In this document: positions 12,935 to 24,146 of the stretch, one piece after another
Layout: every line of letters starts with the position of its first letter
How positions within the stretch are numbered: the first letter of the stretch is position 1
Origin: Cyanophora paradoxa CCMP329
Taxonomy: Eukaryota; Plantae; Glaucophyta
Length of the DNA stretch: 64,000 nt
Direction: 5' to 3'
Assembly (NCBI GenBank): GCA_004431415.1
Contig: QPMI01000057.1
Span: 62,001 to 126,000 of the forward strand
The notes under the pieces: generated by a model
The model's input: the letters and a program-made list of their open reading frames with translations, nothing else
The model's database searches: none
Told to the model about the DNA's origin: nothing
Made by a program: the position numbers and the translations under genes

Positions 12935-15513
12935 ATGGGTGCGTGCCCCCCGCCGTTCGCTGAGGTGTCGGAGATGAGCTCTTGCGCCTGTGTTGCCTGT
13001 GATCTCTGCTGAGGGGGCGCTCCGCTCCAGAAGATCAGTCCGACGACAACCTCTATCCGATCGCAATACTCGTACGTATTCCACCTTGCGATTCACCATT
13101 CTGCGCTGACCGGGCCCGGCGTCGGGCCCTGCTCGTAGATTGACGAATTGAAAAATGGTGTGGCTGTGCCCGCGGGCAGTCTTCAGCACTGCTGACGAGC
13201 TCCTTCGCAGAGGACATGCAATTGCGCCTTAACTCCATTCGCCGCCTCAGCACTATTGCGCTGGCTCTGGGCGAGCAGCGCACACGAGACGAGCTGATTC
13301 CCTTTCTGAACGGTGAGCACGCATAATACGGCATATCTGATCGCTCTCAACCGTGAATTCGGCCAGAGTCTATCGATGATGAGGACGAAGTCTTGCTCGC
13401 TGTCGCCGAAGAACTCGGGAACTTTGTGCAGTATGTTGGCGGCCCTGCCTGCGCCCACGTGTTAATTCAGCCTCTGGAAACGCTTGCGACCGTCGAAGAG
13501 ACGGTTGTGCGTGACAAGGTAGGCCTGCCGGCGCGGACGTTCCTACGCGGTCCTGAGCTGCCTCGGGGACAGGCGGCAGAGTCCCTGAACAAGATTGCTG
13601 AGCAGCTTCCCAATGACGCACTCCTGGAGCATTTCATTCCGTTGGTAAAGCGGCTGGCGACTGGTGACTGGTTCACATCCAGGATCTCAGCGTGTGCCCT
13701 GTTTGCTGTCGCCTATGCGCGTGTTCCATCGAACGTCAAAGCGGAGATGAGGAAGTGCGCACAGAGTCGCCTCTTTTCTTTTTTCCGAGGCTTCGTCGGC
13801 GTCTAACGAGAGACAGGCTGTACGATCAACTGTGCCACGACGACACCCCCATGGTTCGGCGAGCAGCTTCCTCGAACCTCGGGGTGAACTGACTTGTCAA
13901 TGTAGCTTATACGCTAGCCCACTGTCGATCTTATTCCCTGTCGCAGAAATTCGCCGCAAAGCTGGAGAAGGAATTCTTGAATAAGGAAATCCTGCCCGTC
14001 TTTATGAGCCTGGCACAAGATGAGCAAGATTCTGTGAGGCTCCTTGCGGTGGAGAACTGTGCTGCGATTGGAAAACTGTTGCCGTCAGAGGAGAACACCA
14101 ACTACATCCTTCCTGTCATAAGGAATTTCTCTCAAGACAAGTCTTGGCGGGTCCGGTATATGGTAGCGGAACAGCTCATTGAGGTTTGTGTTCGCCGCAT
14201 TCATGTTCTTATGATTGCCAAGCTGAAGCGCCGCGTAGCTCTGTGAGGCCGTCGGCCCTGAGACTACAAAGACCGAGATGGTGGCGGCATACGTCCGCCT
14301 TTTGAAGGACACTGAAGCGGAGGTGAGGACTGCGGCTGCGTTCAAGGTGGCGGACTTCTGCAAGCGCATTTCCATTGACATCATTATCCGCCAAATGCAC
14401 CCTTGCATCTCCGATTTGGCATCGGACACGTCGAAGCATGTCCGGGGTAATTCGCCTTTTTTACGCAGTGTTTGTTTATCTTTGCTTGAAACTTTTTTTG
14501 CAGCCGCACTTGCGTCCGTGATAATGGGCATCGCGCCTGTTCTTGGCAGTGAGAAGACCATTGAAAAGCTTGTTCCGTTGTTCCTGCTACTTCTCAAAGA
14601 CGAGGTTCGTCATCTTAGAGCCTATCCCGCCAACGCTGCTCGTTCACGCCCTGCAGGACCCAGAAGTCCGTCTCAACATCATCTCCAAGCTGGATGCCGC
14701 AAATCTCGACCTGACCCAGCTTTCTTCTTCTCTGCTGCCTGCTATAATGGAGCTAGCGGAGGACAAGCAATGGCGTGTCAGGTTGGCCATCATAGAGTAC
14801 ATTCCACTGCTTGCGAAACAACTTGTTCGTTTCTTGGATTCTGTATTCTGGCTTCGAGCTAACAGAAGTGGGCAGGGTGTCGAATTCTTTGACGAGAAGC
14901 TCGGCAACCTTTGCATGTCGTGGCTTGGAGACACAGTGTACTCCATTCGTGAGGCGGCAACGAGTAACGTCAAGCGTCTCACTGAAGTTTTTGGAGTCGA
15001 GTGGTCCCGTCAGCACATCATCCCCAAGGTCGGCTCTGTTCTTGCCTGTGCCCTCTGACCCGCCTGTCTGTTCTGACCGGGCATACTGTTCTGTAGGTCC
15101 TGAAGTATCAAGACAACTCCAACTACTTGTACAGGATGACAGTTCTGTTTGCGATAACAGTACGCTTGCTTCGCACCGGCACAGTGAGTGCTCTCATGAT
15201 GAGCTCTTTCAGGTTCTTGCCCCCGTAGTTGGGCAGGAGGTGATCGTTCAGGACTTCCTGCCACTTGTTTCCAAACTTGCAAGGACAGATGCTGTTCCAA
15301 ACATCAAGTTCAACGCTGCCAAGTGCTTCCAGACAATCATTCCTTTGCTTGACGCATCCGTACGTGCTCTTCTCGATTTCTTGCCTTTTCTGACCGTTTT
15401 TGTCCGTGTAGATTGTGCAGCGAGAGGTGAAGCCAGTGCTCATGCATTTGGCGGAGGACCAGGATCGGGATGTGAAGTTTTTTGCGAGCCAGGCGTTGGT
15501 AATGATTCGTTAG
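12935..15513 (+). CDS. PPP2R1A: Protein phosphatase 2A scaffold subunit A (PR65, HEAT repeats), multi-exon
   Basis: Spliced N-terminus [15 protein letters not shown]|IDELKN|[21 protein letters not shown], plus [32 protein letters not shown] and [15 protein letters not shown]; ends [16 protein letters not shown]. Confidence 0.96.
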
Positions 15514-16993
15514 GGTTGTTTTGATTAGGGAAATTTGGGTGTGGCTCGTCATGCTTTGGTGAGCACGCCTGAACGTATTGAGGGTGGAATTGTCGCATGC
15601 ACTCCAACTAGGATGTGTCCTTTGCAATCCACTTGGGGCCACTAGTCAGACTTGGGTACCTTAGTTGCTTGCAACTAAGGACCCAACGTTGACCCTTGCA
15701 AACGCACAATCGTGTTTTCCGGGCAATCCAGCGACCGCGCCGGCATGTTTCCTTGCAGCAAAGCGCATCCGCTTTATAAGCTAGCGCGAGGGCAGGTAGA
15801 CTGGTTGCCAAGATCGCAAGGTTCCCATACAAACATGCAATCGCCTCCTGCTCCTCAGGGAGCGCGCGCGCGGTTCCGGTTTTCAAACCAGTTACAGGGT
15901 GCATCGAAGCGGGCAAGATGGCATGCTCAGCAGCATGGCGTTAAGGTGCGAGCCATTCTTGGAGCTGGCCGTAGCCGTCACCAGGGAACATGTACCCCAA
16001 AGTCGGCTCTATAAGTTCCGAACTTCGGAATTCGAAAAGCTTGCAAACAGAGATAGGCGCACAGTGCGCACTCACGCAACCGTGCTCTCTGAAACCCAAG
16101 TCTGTACTGCCCCCCGGGGGCAGGAATAGTTATTATACAAGCGAGTCCCTGCGGAGTAGGAGTGGCCTTAAGCTTGGGTCTTGGGGTTTCAAGACGTGAG
16201 GGTGGCTGCTCTTTGTTTTAAAACGGGGTCCCGCAACCGCGCGCGGTTACTGTTGAGAGGACTATGCCGCCTATATATATAGCTAGAATCTTCTAGCTTG
16301 GTCTAGCTAGCGCCAGCGATAGCTATAGCTATGTAGTAGCGGCGCCTGCTGGCGCCGGCGGCGCGCCTATAGCTAGGCCTGGCGCGGCCGGCGCGCGCCG
16401 GCGTCCGACGGTCGCGGCGATCGATCGCGATCACGTGACTCACGTCGGCGCCGGAGCGATAGCGCTAGCGCTCGATCGATCGTTGATCGCGATCGTTTAT
16501 TTGCGAAGCGCCGCGCGGCGATTCTGCCGGCGAAGCGCCTAGTACTAGTGACTCCAGCCTTCCACTGGCCAGCCGGGTACAGAGGCTCTTTGCAATTTCC
16601 ATCGGCGAAGGGCCGGGAAGCAAGCTGGAACCAATGACAATCGCGCTTGTCCGTGAATGGGTGAATTGACTTTTTGTGCCAATGGCGATCGGGCTTAACG
16701 CGAACAATTTCGTTCGTACGTGCTGTTAGTGCTTGTTAGAGGTGTCACATTTGAAAAGTAGCTCCGCCATCGTGCTCCCTAGGGTCGAAAATGGGTACCT
16801 AGGTCTAAAAATTTTGTCTATAAAATCAAGTTGAAGTTTGCCACAAGCTAAGATAGGCACAGACCTAAGGGCCTCTCCTTTCCCCAAGGCCGATATCTGC
16901 GGCCTTGCGCGGCAGAACACTCCCAAAATACCTCCCATCTTGGAGTGGAACCGGCAGTCCTCGCTGTCTGCCTAACGTACCCCGCGACGAACC

Positions 16994-18213
16994 ATGTCGA
17001 AGCCTCGCGTCTTCTTCGGTACGTGCCCGCCACTGTTCGCGTATGTCACCGATACCCTCCCGCAGATATGACGATCGGCGGGGCGCCGGCGGGCCGCATT
17101 GGTGCGCCGGGAAGTTTATCATTCACCGCGGCGGCGGCGAGTAATTCCGCTTAACGATCGACATCTTACTTCGTGATTCTCGATTGCAGTGATGGAGCTT
17201 CGCGCGGACGTCGTCGTGCGTCGCGCCTATCGCCTGCGCGTCATCTGCTGCTAACGAGCGATGTGTCGCCGCGCAGCCCAAGACGGCCGAAGTTCGAGGC
17301 CTGACCTTTTGAAGTCCTAGCCGTTCATTCACGCGCCTCGCAGAACTTCCGTGCTCTGTGCACTGGCGAGAAGGGTGCGCTTGCTGCCCTGTTGCTGCGC
17401 CCCCCGTTAAACATGCGCATTCAGGCTTTGGCTTCAAGGGGTCCATCTTCCACCGGTCCGTCCCGCGAGTGGCGCGTTTTTGCACTCGTCTGAAATTCCG
17501 CGCAGTGTCATTCCGGATGTAAGCGCTTTCTGCGGTGCCCAGTCTTTCTCGCTGACGCTTGCGCTTCCGTGTTTGTGTCGTTCGGCCACAGTTCATGTGC
17601 CAGGTGTGCCTATCCCGTTCAAGCATCGAGTGTCTTTTCTCAACTTAATCCGAACACCGGCAGGGTGGCGATTTCACTAACCACAACGGTGATTGCTCTG
17701 CAATAGATTTCTTTCTTCCTGTTTTCTCAAGGGCAGTGCGATCGTCTCCCGTTCTTGGCCTCCAGGCACCGGCGGCAAGGTCAGTTTGCTCTCGTTTTTC
17801 CTCTTCGACTTGCCAGTACTTACGTGTTGCAGTCGATCTACGGGGCCAAGTTTGCGGACGAAAAGTGCGCATGGAGATCTGTCCCCGTTCTCTGATCCTT
17901 TGCCGTGCACGAATCTTCCCCACAGCTTCACCCTCAAGCACACTGGTCCCGGCATCCTGTCTATGGCGAATGCTGGTGCATCTATGTACTCATGCTCCGT
18001 TCGCACTTGCATGCTTAATTCTTCCCAGGTCCGAACACGAACGGCAGCCAGTTCTTCATTTGCACCGCGAAGACGGCTTGGCTCGATGGCAAGCACGTGG
18101 TGTTCGGCTCTGTTGTCGAGGGCATGGACGTCGTCAAGGCGTGCGAGGCTGTTGGCTCGCAGTCCGGCAAGACCGCGAAGGAGGTCAAGGTGGCCGACTG
18201 TGGCCAGCTGTAG
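16994..18213 (+). CDS. Cyclophilin A-type peptidyl-prolyl isomerase, copy 1 (13 exons)
   Basis: Splicing 12 GT-AG introns gives [130 protein letters not shown]...VADCGQL*. Confidence 0.96.
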
Positions 18214-18577
18214 AGAGGATGTGCTTTGTGGCCAGCTGTAGGCACAGTTGTGCTCTTATTGTAAATGTGACTCTGTGCACGTGTGAAGGCACAGTGTTTT
18301 GTTCGGAATCTGCTGTCACAGTGTAGCGAAGCAAGATTGCGATCTCATGGCCCTGCGGCACACTGTTTTGATCCAACGAAGCCCTGCTTGTCCCATTTTA
18401 TCTCCATCATGAATTCATGTTGGATTGGAGCTGTGTTTGTGGCGTTCGGTCGCACTGTGACAGTTCATATAGCCACAGCACATTCCAAACAAAACACTGT
18501 GCCTTCACACGTGCACAGAGTCACATTTACAATAAGAGCACAACTGTGCCTACAGCTGGCCACAAAGCACATCCTCT

Positions 18578-19797
18578 CTACAGCTGGCCACAGTCGGCAA
18601 CCTTGACCTCCTTCGCGGTCTTGCCGGACTGCGAGCCAACAGCCTCGCACGCCTTGACGACGTCCATGCCCTCGACAACAGAGCCGAACACCACGTGCTT
18701 GCCATCGAGCCAAGCCGTCTTCGCGGTGCAAATGAAGAACTGGCTGCCGTTCGTGTTCGGACCTGGGAAGAATTAAGCATGCAAGTGCGAACGGAGCATG
18801 AGTACATAGATGCACCAGCATTCGCCATAGACAGGATGCCGGGACCAGTGTGCTTGAGGGTGAAGCTGTGGGGAAGATTCGTGCACGGCAAAGGATCAGA
18901 GAACGGGGACAGATCTCCATGCGCACTTTTCGTCCGCGAACTTGGCCCCGTAGATCGACTGCAACACGTAAGTACTGGCAAGTCGAAGAGGAAAAACGAG
19001 AGCAAACTGACCTTGCCGCCGGTGCCTGGAGGCCAAGAACGGGAGACGATCGCACTGCCCTTGAGAAAACAGGAAGAAAGAAATCTATTGCAGAGCAATC
19101 ACCGTTGTGGTTAGTGAAATCGCCACCCTGCCGGTGTTCGGATTAAGTTGAGAAAAGACACTCGATGCTTGAACGGGATAGGCACACCTGGCACATGAAC
19201 TGTGGCCGAACGACACAAACACGGAAGCGCAAGCGTCAGCGAGAAAGACTGGGCACCGCAGAAAGCGCTTACATCCGGAATGACACTGCGCGGAATTTCA
19301 GACGAGTGCAAAAACGCGCCACTCGCGGGACGGACCGGTGGAAGATGGACCCCTTGAAGCCAAAGCCTGAATGCGCATGTTTAACGGGGGGCGCAGCAAC
19401 AGGGCAGCAAGCGCACCCTTCTCGCCAGTGCACAGAGCACGGAAGTTCTGCGAGGCGCGTGAATGAACGGCTAGGACTTCAAAAGGTCAGGCCTCGAACT
19501 TCGGCCGTCTTGGGCTGCGCGGCGACACATCGCTCGTTAGCAGCAGATGACGCGCAGGCGATAGGCGCGACGCACGACGACGTCCGCGCGAAGCTCCATC
19601 ACTGCAATCGAGAATCACGAAGTAAGATGTCGATCGTTAAGCGGAATTACTCGCCGCCGCCGCGGTGAATGATAAACTTCCCGGCGCACCAATGCGGCCC
19701 GCCGGCGCCCCGCCGATCGTCATATCTGCGGGAGGGTATCGGTGACATACGCGAACAGTGGCGGGCACGTACCGAAGAAGACGCGAGGCTTCGACAT
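18578..19797 (-). CDS. Cyclophilin A-type PPIase, copy 2 (inverted duplicate)
   Basis: Reverse-complement copy of 16994-18213. The two coding differences I found are synonymous (TTT/TTC Phe, GTG/GTT Val). Confidence 0.95.
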
Positions 19798-20439
19798 GGT
19801 TCGTCGCGGGGTACGTTAGGCAGACAGCGAGGACTGCCGGTTCCACTCCAAGATGGGAGGTATTTTAGGAGTGTTCTGCCGCGCGGGGCCGCAGACTAGT
19901 TGCCCCAATTGCAAGTGGATTGCAAAGGACACATCCTAGTACCTTTAACTGAACGATATCATGTGCACGCGTACGTGGACTGATCATGACCGGTACCATG
20001 CAGTGTTTGGCCATATGCATGGTGGTTCAATTGCAAAACTTAAAGTATCTATAAGAGATATACGTATATATACGTACACGTATACGTACGCGGGCACAAG
20101 TGACATTGAACCAGCGCTAGCTTGACAAGGGTAGTGACGTCGACGGTGCAAACGCCTATACAGTCTACACGTGCACAGCATGCATGCATATGCAGGCCTA
20201 GGGCCGGGCCCAGTGACGGCATGCAGCACGCATGCGCAGTGGAAGTCCCACACTTGGAAAAACAAAATCGTAGCTACCGCTATAGCCTGGGTGTTCAAAG
20301 GTTGCGACCTGAATTCTTGTCCAAATGCCTAATTCTTGCCCGGCTCCAAGTGCTAGGAATTCAATGATTGCTTAGTTCAAGGCGTTCAGTGATCATTTCA
20401 CACTGGCATGCTTAATTTTACACTGGCTCCAAAAGTGTG

Positions 20440-22303
20440 TTAGGCGAGAGGAGCATTTTTTCTCAGGCGAGAGGCCTTGTCTTTTGGTGCTGAAACCAGG
20501 TCCTGGCGAAAAAAAGGTTCTTTTGGATGAAATGGCGAAAAATCACAGAATAAAGCAACGCCACCTTGAATGATCTGTCTTTCTCTGTGTGGTCTCCTTC
20601 CCCCATTCTTGCTTTTTTTATCCTTCTTCTCTTGTTTGTTATTTCTCCATGTTCATCAGATTCTCCTGCAGTTGCATCTTTCCTTCTCTTCTTTTGCACT
20701 TGATCTTGGCCTGCATCGATATCGGATCCATCTACTTCTTCCTGTTTACTCTGTGCAATTGCTTTTTGCATTTCTCGCCATTCATCCTGTCTCCTGGAAA
20801 TTTTCAATGTTAAGAGAAATCACATGATGTGCCATTTTCCGTACCGTTGCCACTCATTCTTTGCCTTTTCCGCTTTAAGTTGCAGCCGATTAACGACGTC
20901 TTCGAGAGAAAAGGTTTCTCCACTGTGGGACAGTGGTTAAAATCGGTATCGAATCGCTAGGCCGAAGGAAGAAACGGACCCCGGAATGATCTTTCTCAAC
21001 CGCTTGAAACGGCTCTGTGCTTGCCAGTTTTTCCTGGATGGAATCGTTCGCCACAAGAGCAAGATTGGCACGAACATTGCACAAACCACTTCGGTCCGAA
21101 ACCATGCCAATTCAGATCAGCCTCCTCTTCTGCACCACTGGTGAGCTGGGCTTGCATCCTGTGAAACAGATCATTCCAGATGCTAGAAACAGAAAGTTGA
21201 ATGGACACGTCGCACACTTTTCCAGGAGGTCAATGTCATCTTGCAGTGTCCATTCCATCTGCACGCTGTGTTTTGAAGGATCCAAGACAGCATACCTAAG
21301 CAGCTGTTAGGGTGCAAGTTGCAGAAAGTACGAATACTGCCTGCCATTGCTTGCGACATTGTGTACGGTCTCTGATCCCGCCCATCTGCTCACTAGTTAG
21401 GTGCACTTCATTTTCGTCTGTTGAGGTACCTGGTCTGCAATTGCATTCCACGAGATCCCAGCGTGATCATGCGAAGCGCCCAGACCGTGGTCTTCGCATC
21501 CTTGATTTGAAGACAACGCTCTTAGTTGCAGAGCCTAGACGACGTGAGCAGGAATTCTGATCCGAGTCTATCATCGAGTGGCATGGCGTGCCTGTTCGAC
21601 CAAACCCCGCAACAGCTGTTTCTCGTCGACTGACCATGGTCCTAAACAAAGAGGGTATAAGCAGTGTAAATGCGTAGTTCTCGAAACAGCGTACCAGCAC
21701 GCCTTGTGAATGCGTATTGCTCGTCACGCCACTTATCCCGGACGAGCTCAGGGTGCCTTCCCAACAAGTTGCCAATCCTTCTCCACTCGGGACCATGCTC
21801 AATTATGAGCCTGTTCTCTTGAATGAGTCGAGTACAAGATACGAAGTAGCATGTCTTTGTTACCTGCGCAGTGTTGCACACTCATCTGGAGTCCACTGTC
21901 CCTTTCGGGCGTCGTGCATAACAATCCTTCCAACATGGTCATAGCAGGCCTGGACGCTGCGATCCGGACATACTCGTGCTGCAACATCGATCTCAATTAA
22001 GACCAAAGGAAAGTGATTCGTCTGCCCTCACCAACTTCGACCCAGTCGATGGCAACACGATTCCTGCGTTTCCCAGGTTCGCGCCCCAATCTCAGAACCT
22101 CGTATGCCTGTGATAAGTCGTATCCATGCTCCTGCGCAAAATTCGGATCGACAGACAAGCGTTCAACGCATGTGCCGCACCAGCAGGTGCTGATCCAGCG
22201 CCTCCTTCAGCGCGGAAGACTCACTATTTGAGAATCGCTGTGTCTTTTTGGTGGGGTGATCTCCGCTCGCCGTCAGCTTCAGCCGCGATTGACTCAGCTT
22301 CAT
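20440..22303 (-). CDS. Multi-repeat Myb protein, Reb1/TTF1/DMTF1-like
   Basis: PDRSVQACYDHVGRIVMHDARKGQWTPDE, LIIEHGPEWRRIGNLLGRHPELVRDKWRD, RDRTQCRKQW, EWTLQDDIDLLEK..GAEEEADLNW. Both termini are uncertain. Confidence 0.68.
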
Positions 22304-22553
22304 TGCCGCGAGGTGCCGGAGCGACACAGTTGATCCAGCTCAGACCGCCTCTGAGCGCTCGCAGGCGCTGCCGCCCAGTGGTGTAGCTTGCACCGCTTGC
22401 GATACCTGGCCGGCTGGTGCCCGCTACCCCTTGGTTCGGCTGCCGCTCACCTGAGCGGTAGGGGAGGAAATTTTGGAAGCTCGAAAGCGGAAGAGGAAGC
22501 GTGAGGAAAGCAGCGTTCAAGTTTGCAGTTTGCGATTTGCCGCAGTGTGCGTG

Positions 22554-22737
22554 CTCTTTCTACGCTACGGGCGCGCCGGACCTCCTACCTACAGCGCTTT
22601 AACTGTACCCGTGCTGTTTGGGTGAGAGCGTAACCCGCAGGGACTGGTGCCCTGATGGGGAAAAGGGGATGGGAGCCTAGCTAGCTACGAGCCGAGCAGG
22701 CGCTTCGCGTCCACGCCCGTGCCGTAGCGGATGAAGA
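22554..22737. repeat. Family E repeat (~184 bp), copy 1
   Basis: Near-identical to 52246-52428 (CTCTTTCTACGCTACGGG...CCGTAGCGGATGAAG). Confidence 0.9.
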
Positions 22738-22795
22738 TGCCCCTGCGAGAGGTCTGTGCGATCAGTACGATTACGATTGCGACTGCCGCGCCCAT

Positions 22796-22900
22796 TAATC
22801 GCAACCCTGATTCCGATCGTAATCGCAACCCTGATTCCGATCGTAATCGCAACCCTGATTCCGATCGTAATCGCAACCCTGATTCCGATCGTAATCGCAA
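22796..22900. repeat. 24-bp minisatellite (TAATCGCAACCCTGATTCCGATCG), about 4 copies
   Basis: Direct tandem repeat; related units at 52520-52625. Confidence 0.9.
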
Positions 22901-23769
22901 TCGGTCGTAATCGTAGCTCTAGCCAAGGCCTATCGTAATTCTGGGTCGTAATTCATTTGCATGCATTGCTCTCACATTGACTAGGTTTAAGGCGCCTTCG
23001 ATTACGATCATGATGGGATAACGTTAACGATTACAATTTAGACCCGGCGGCCCTTATGGCATGAATTGAAATTGCGATTACGATGTGGAGAGGAAGCTTC
23101 AGCTTATAATTAAGCTCAAGGCCTGATTGAGATAGGAAGCTTAAGCTTAATAATAAGCTTGCCAAGTTGCAATTGAGACCTCAACCAACTTTTTTTGGCA
23201 ATTAATGACCAATTCACAGTCGCGGTCGTGTGCGTGCCCACAAATAGTACTGTGGTCGGGCTAACTCCCACCGCCCACTGACGACGCGATGCTGCACCCA
23301 GTTGTCTTTCTTGTTCCAACTGCGTCTTTGTCGTTTGCAGGACATCGACCCGTGCCTCTGCATCTTCCGCCCGTTTTTTGACAGGACGTGCCTCTGCATC
23401 TTCCGCCCTCTCATCTGTCCGATTACGATCGTAATTAGGACGTCTTAATTAGCTTTGATGGGACGAAATTAAAGGTGAAACTTTTTCGAAAGTTGGACGA
23501 AACTTGCAAGGGACGAAAGTACCAATTAATTGGACGAAAGTTTTTATGGGAAGATTACTCTAGCAAAGCGTACGAGTAATCTGCTTTCTTCTAGCGAAGG
23601 CCGAGCCGAACGCGAAAGCAGCTTGCACGAGCCGCGCGCCTGCTGCTCGCGATCGCGAACATCGGATCGCGATCGGACGCACGGCGTACCCAGATCTGCG
23701 AGCCAGGGCACGGCGGTACCCGCATCGGCGATATGGGCTCGCTGTACCCGGGCTAGCTCTAGCTCTGTA

Positions 23770-23936
23770 GCTCTAGCTAGCCAGAGTGTCCGCGGGGAGG
23801 CGCATTACTCTCCTTAGGGGGCCACGCAGGGCCCGGCCGGCCAGCTCGCTGGTGGGCTGGGCCCGCGGCCGTGGCGGCCGCAGTGTACATTCCCACACTT
23901 GTAGCCCGGACCTGCGTTTTAGTACGTGTCCAAATG
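23770..23936 (-). mobile_element. Family A/B element, left-end copy
   Basis: Reverse complement reads CATTTGGACACGTACTAAAACGCAGGTCCGGGCTACAAGTGTGGG...GGAGTAATGCGCCTCCCCGCGGACACTCTGGCTAG. Confidence 0.8.
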
Positions 23937-24010
23937 TGGCAACGTCCAGGGCCATGGAGAACAACCCCAACCTCAAATCGAAGTACAGTCAATTTCGAAC
24001 TCTTTGAGCA

Positions 24011-24120
24011 ATTGGACACGAACTGAATCACAATGTCCGGGCTAGCACTGTGAGCCGTGGGCCCAGCCCACCGAGCTCATGCCCAGCCAGCCGGGCCCCG
24101 TGTTGCCTTCTAAGGGTGGA
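24011..24120 (+). mobile_element. Family A/B element, degenerate left-end copy abutting the AP-1 gamma 3' end
   Basis: ATTGGACACG...GTCCGGGCTA...GGGCCCAGCCCACC...GCCGGGCCC. Confidence 0.6.
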
Positions 24121-24146
24121 GAGAAGCGATGGTCGTCACGCTGGCT

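Larger units (their letters stand above)
16896..19895. repeat. Long inverted repeat (palindrome): arms ~16896-18320 and ~18455-19895, short spacer
   Basis: Positions mirror as x <-> 36791-x and the ORF track is mirrored; only a few substitutions between the arms. Confidence 0.97.

Noticed and set aside
16896-19895. Palindrome as a pure fold-back sequencing artefact
   Set aside because: The arms differ by synonymous SNPs and edge indels, the spacer is unique, and different genes flank each side. An artefact is less likely but not excluded without reads.
22640-22680. Hammerhead ribozyme in family E (CTGATGG...GAAA)
   Set aside because: The core needs CUGANGA and a three-stem junction; neither is present.
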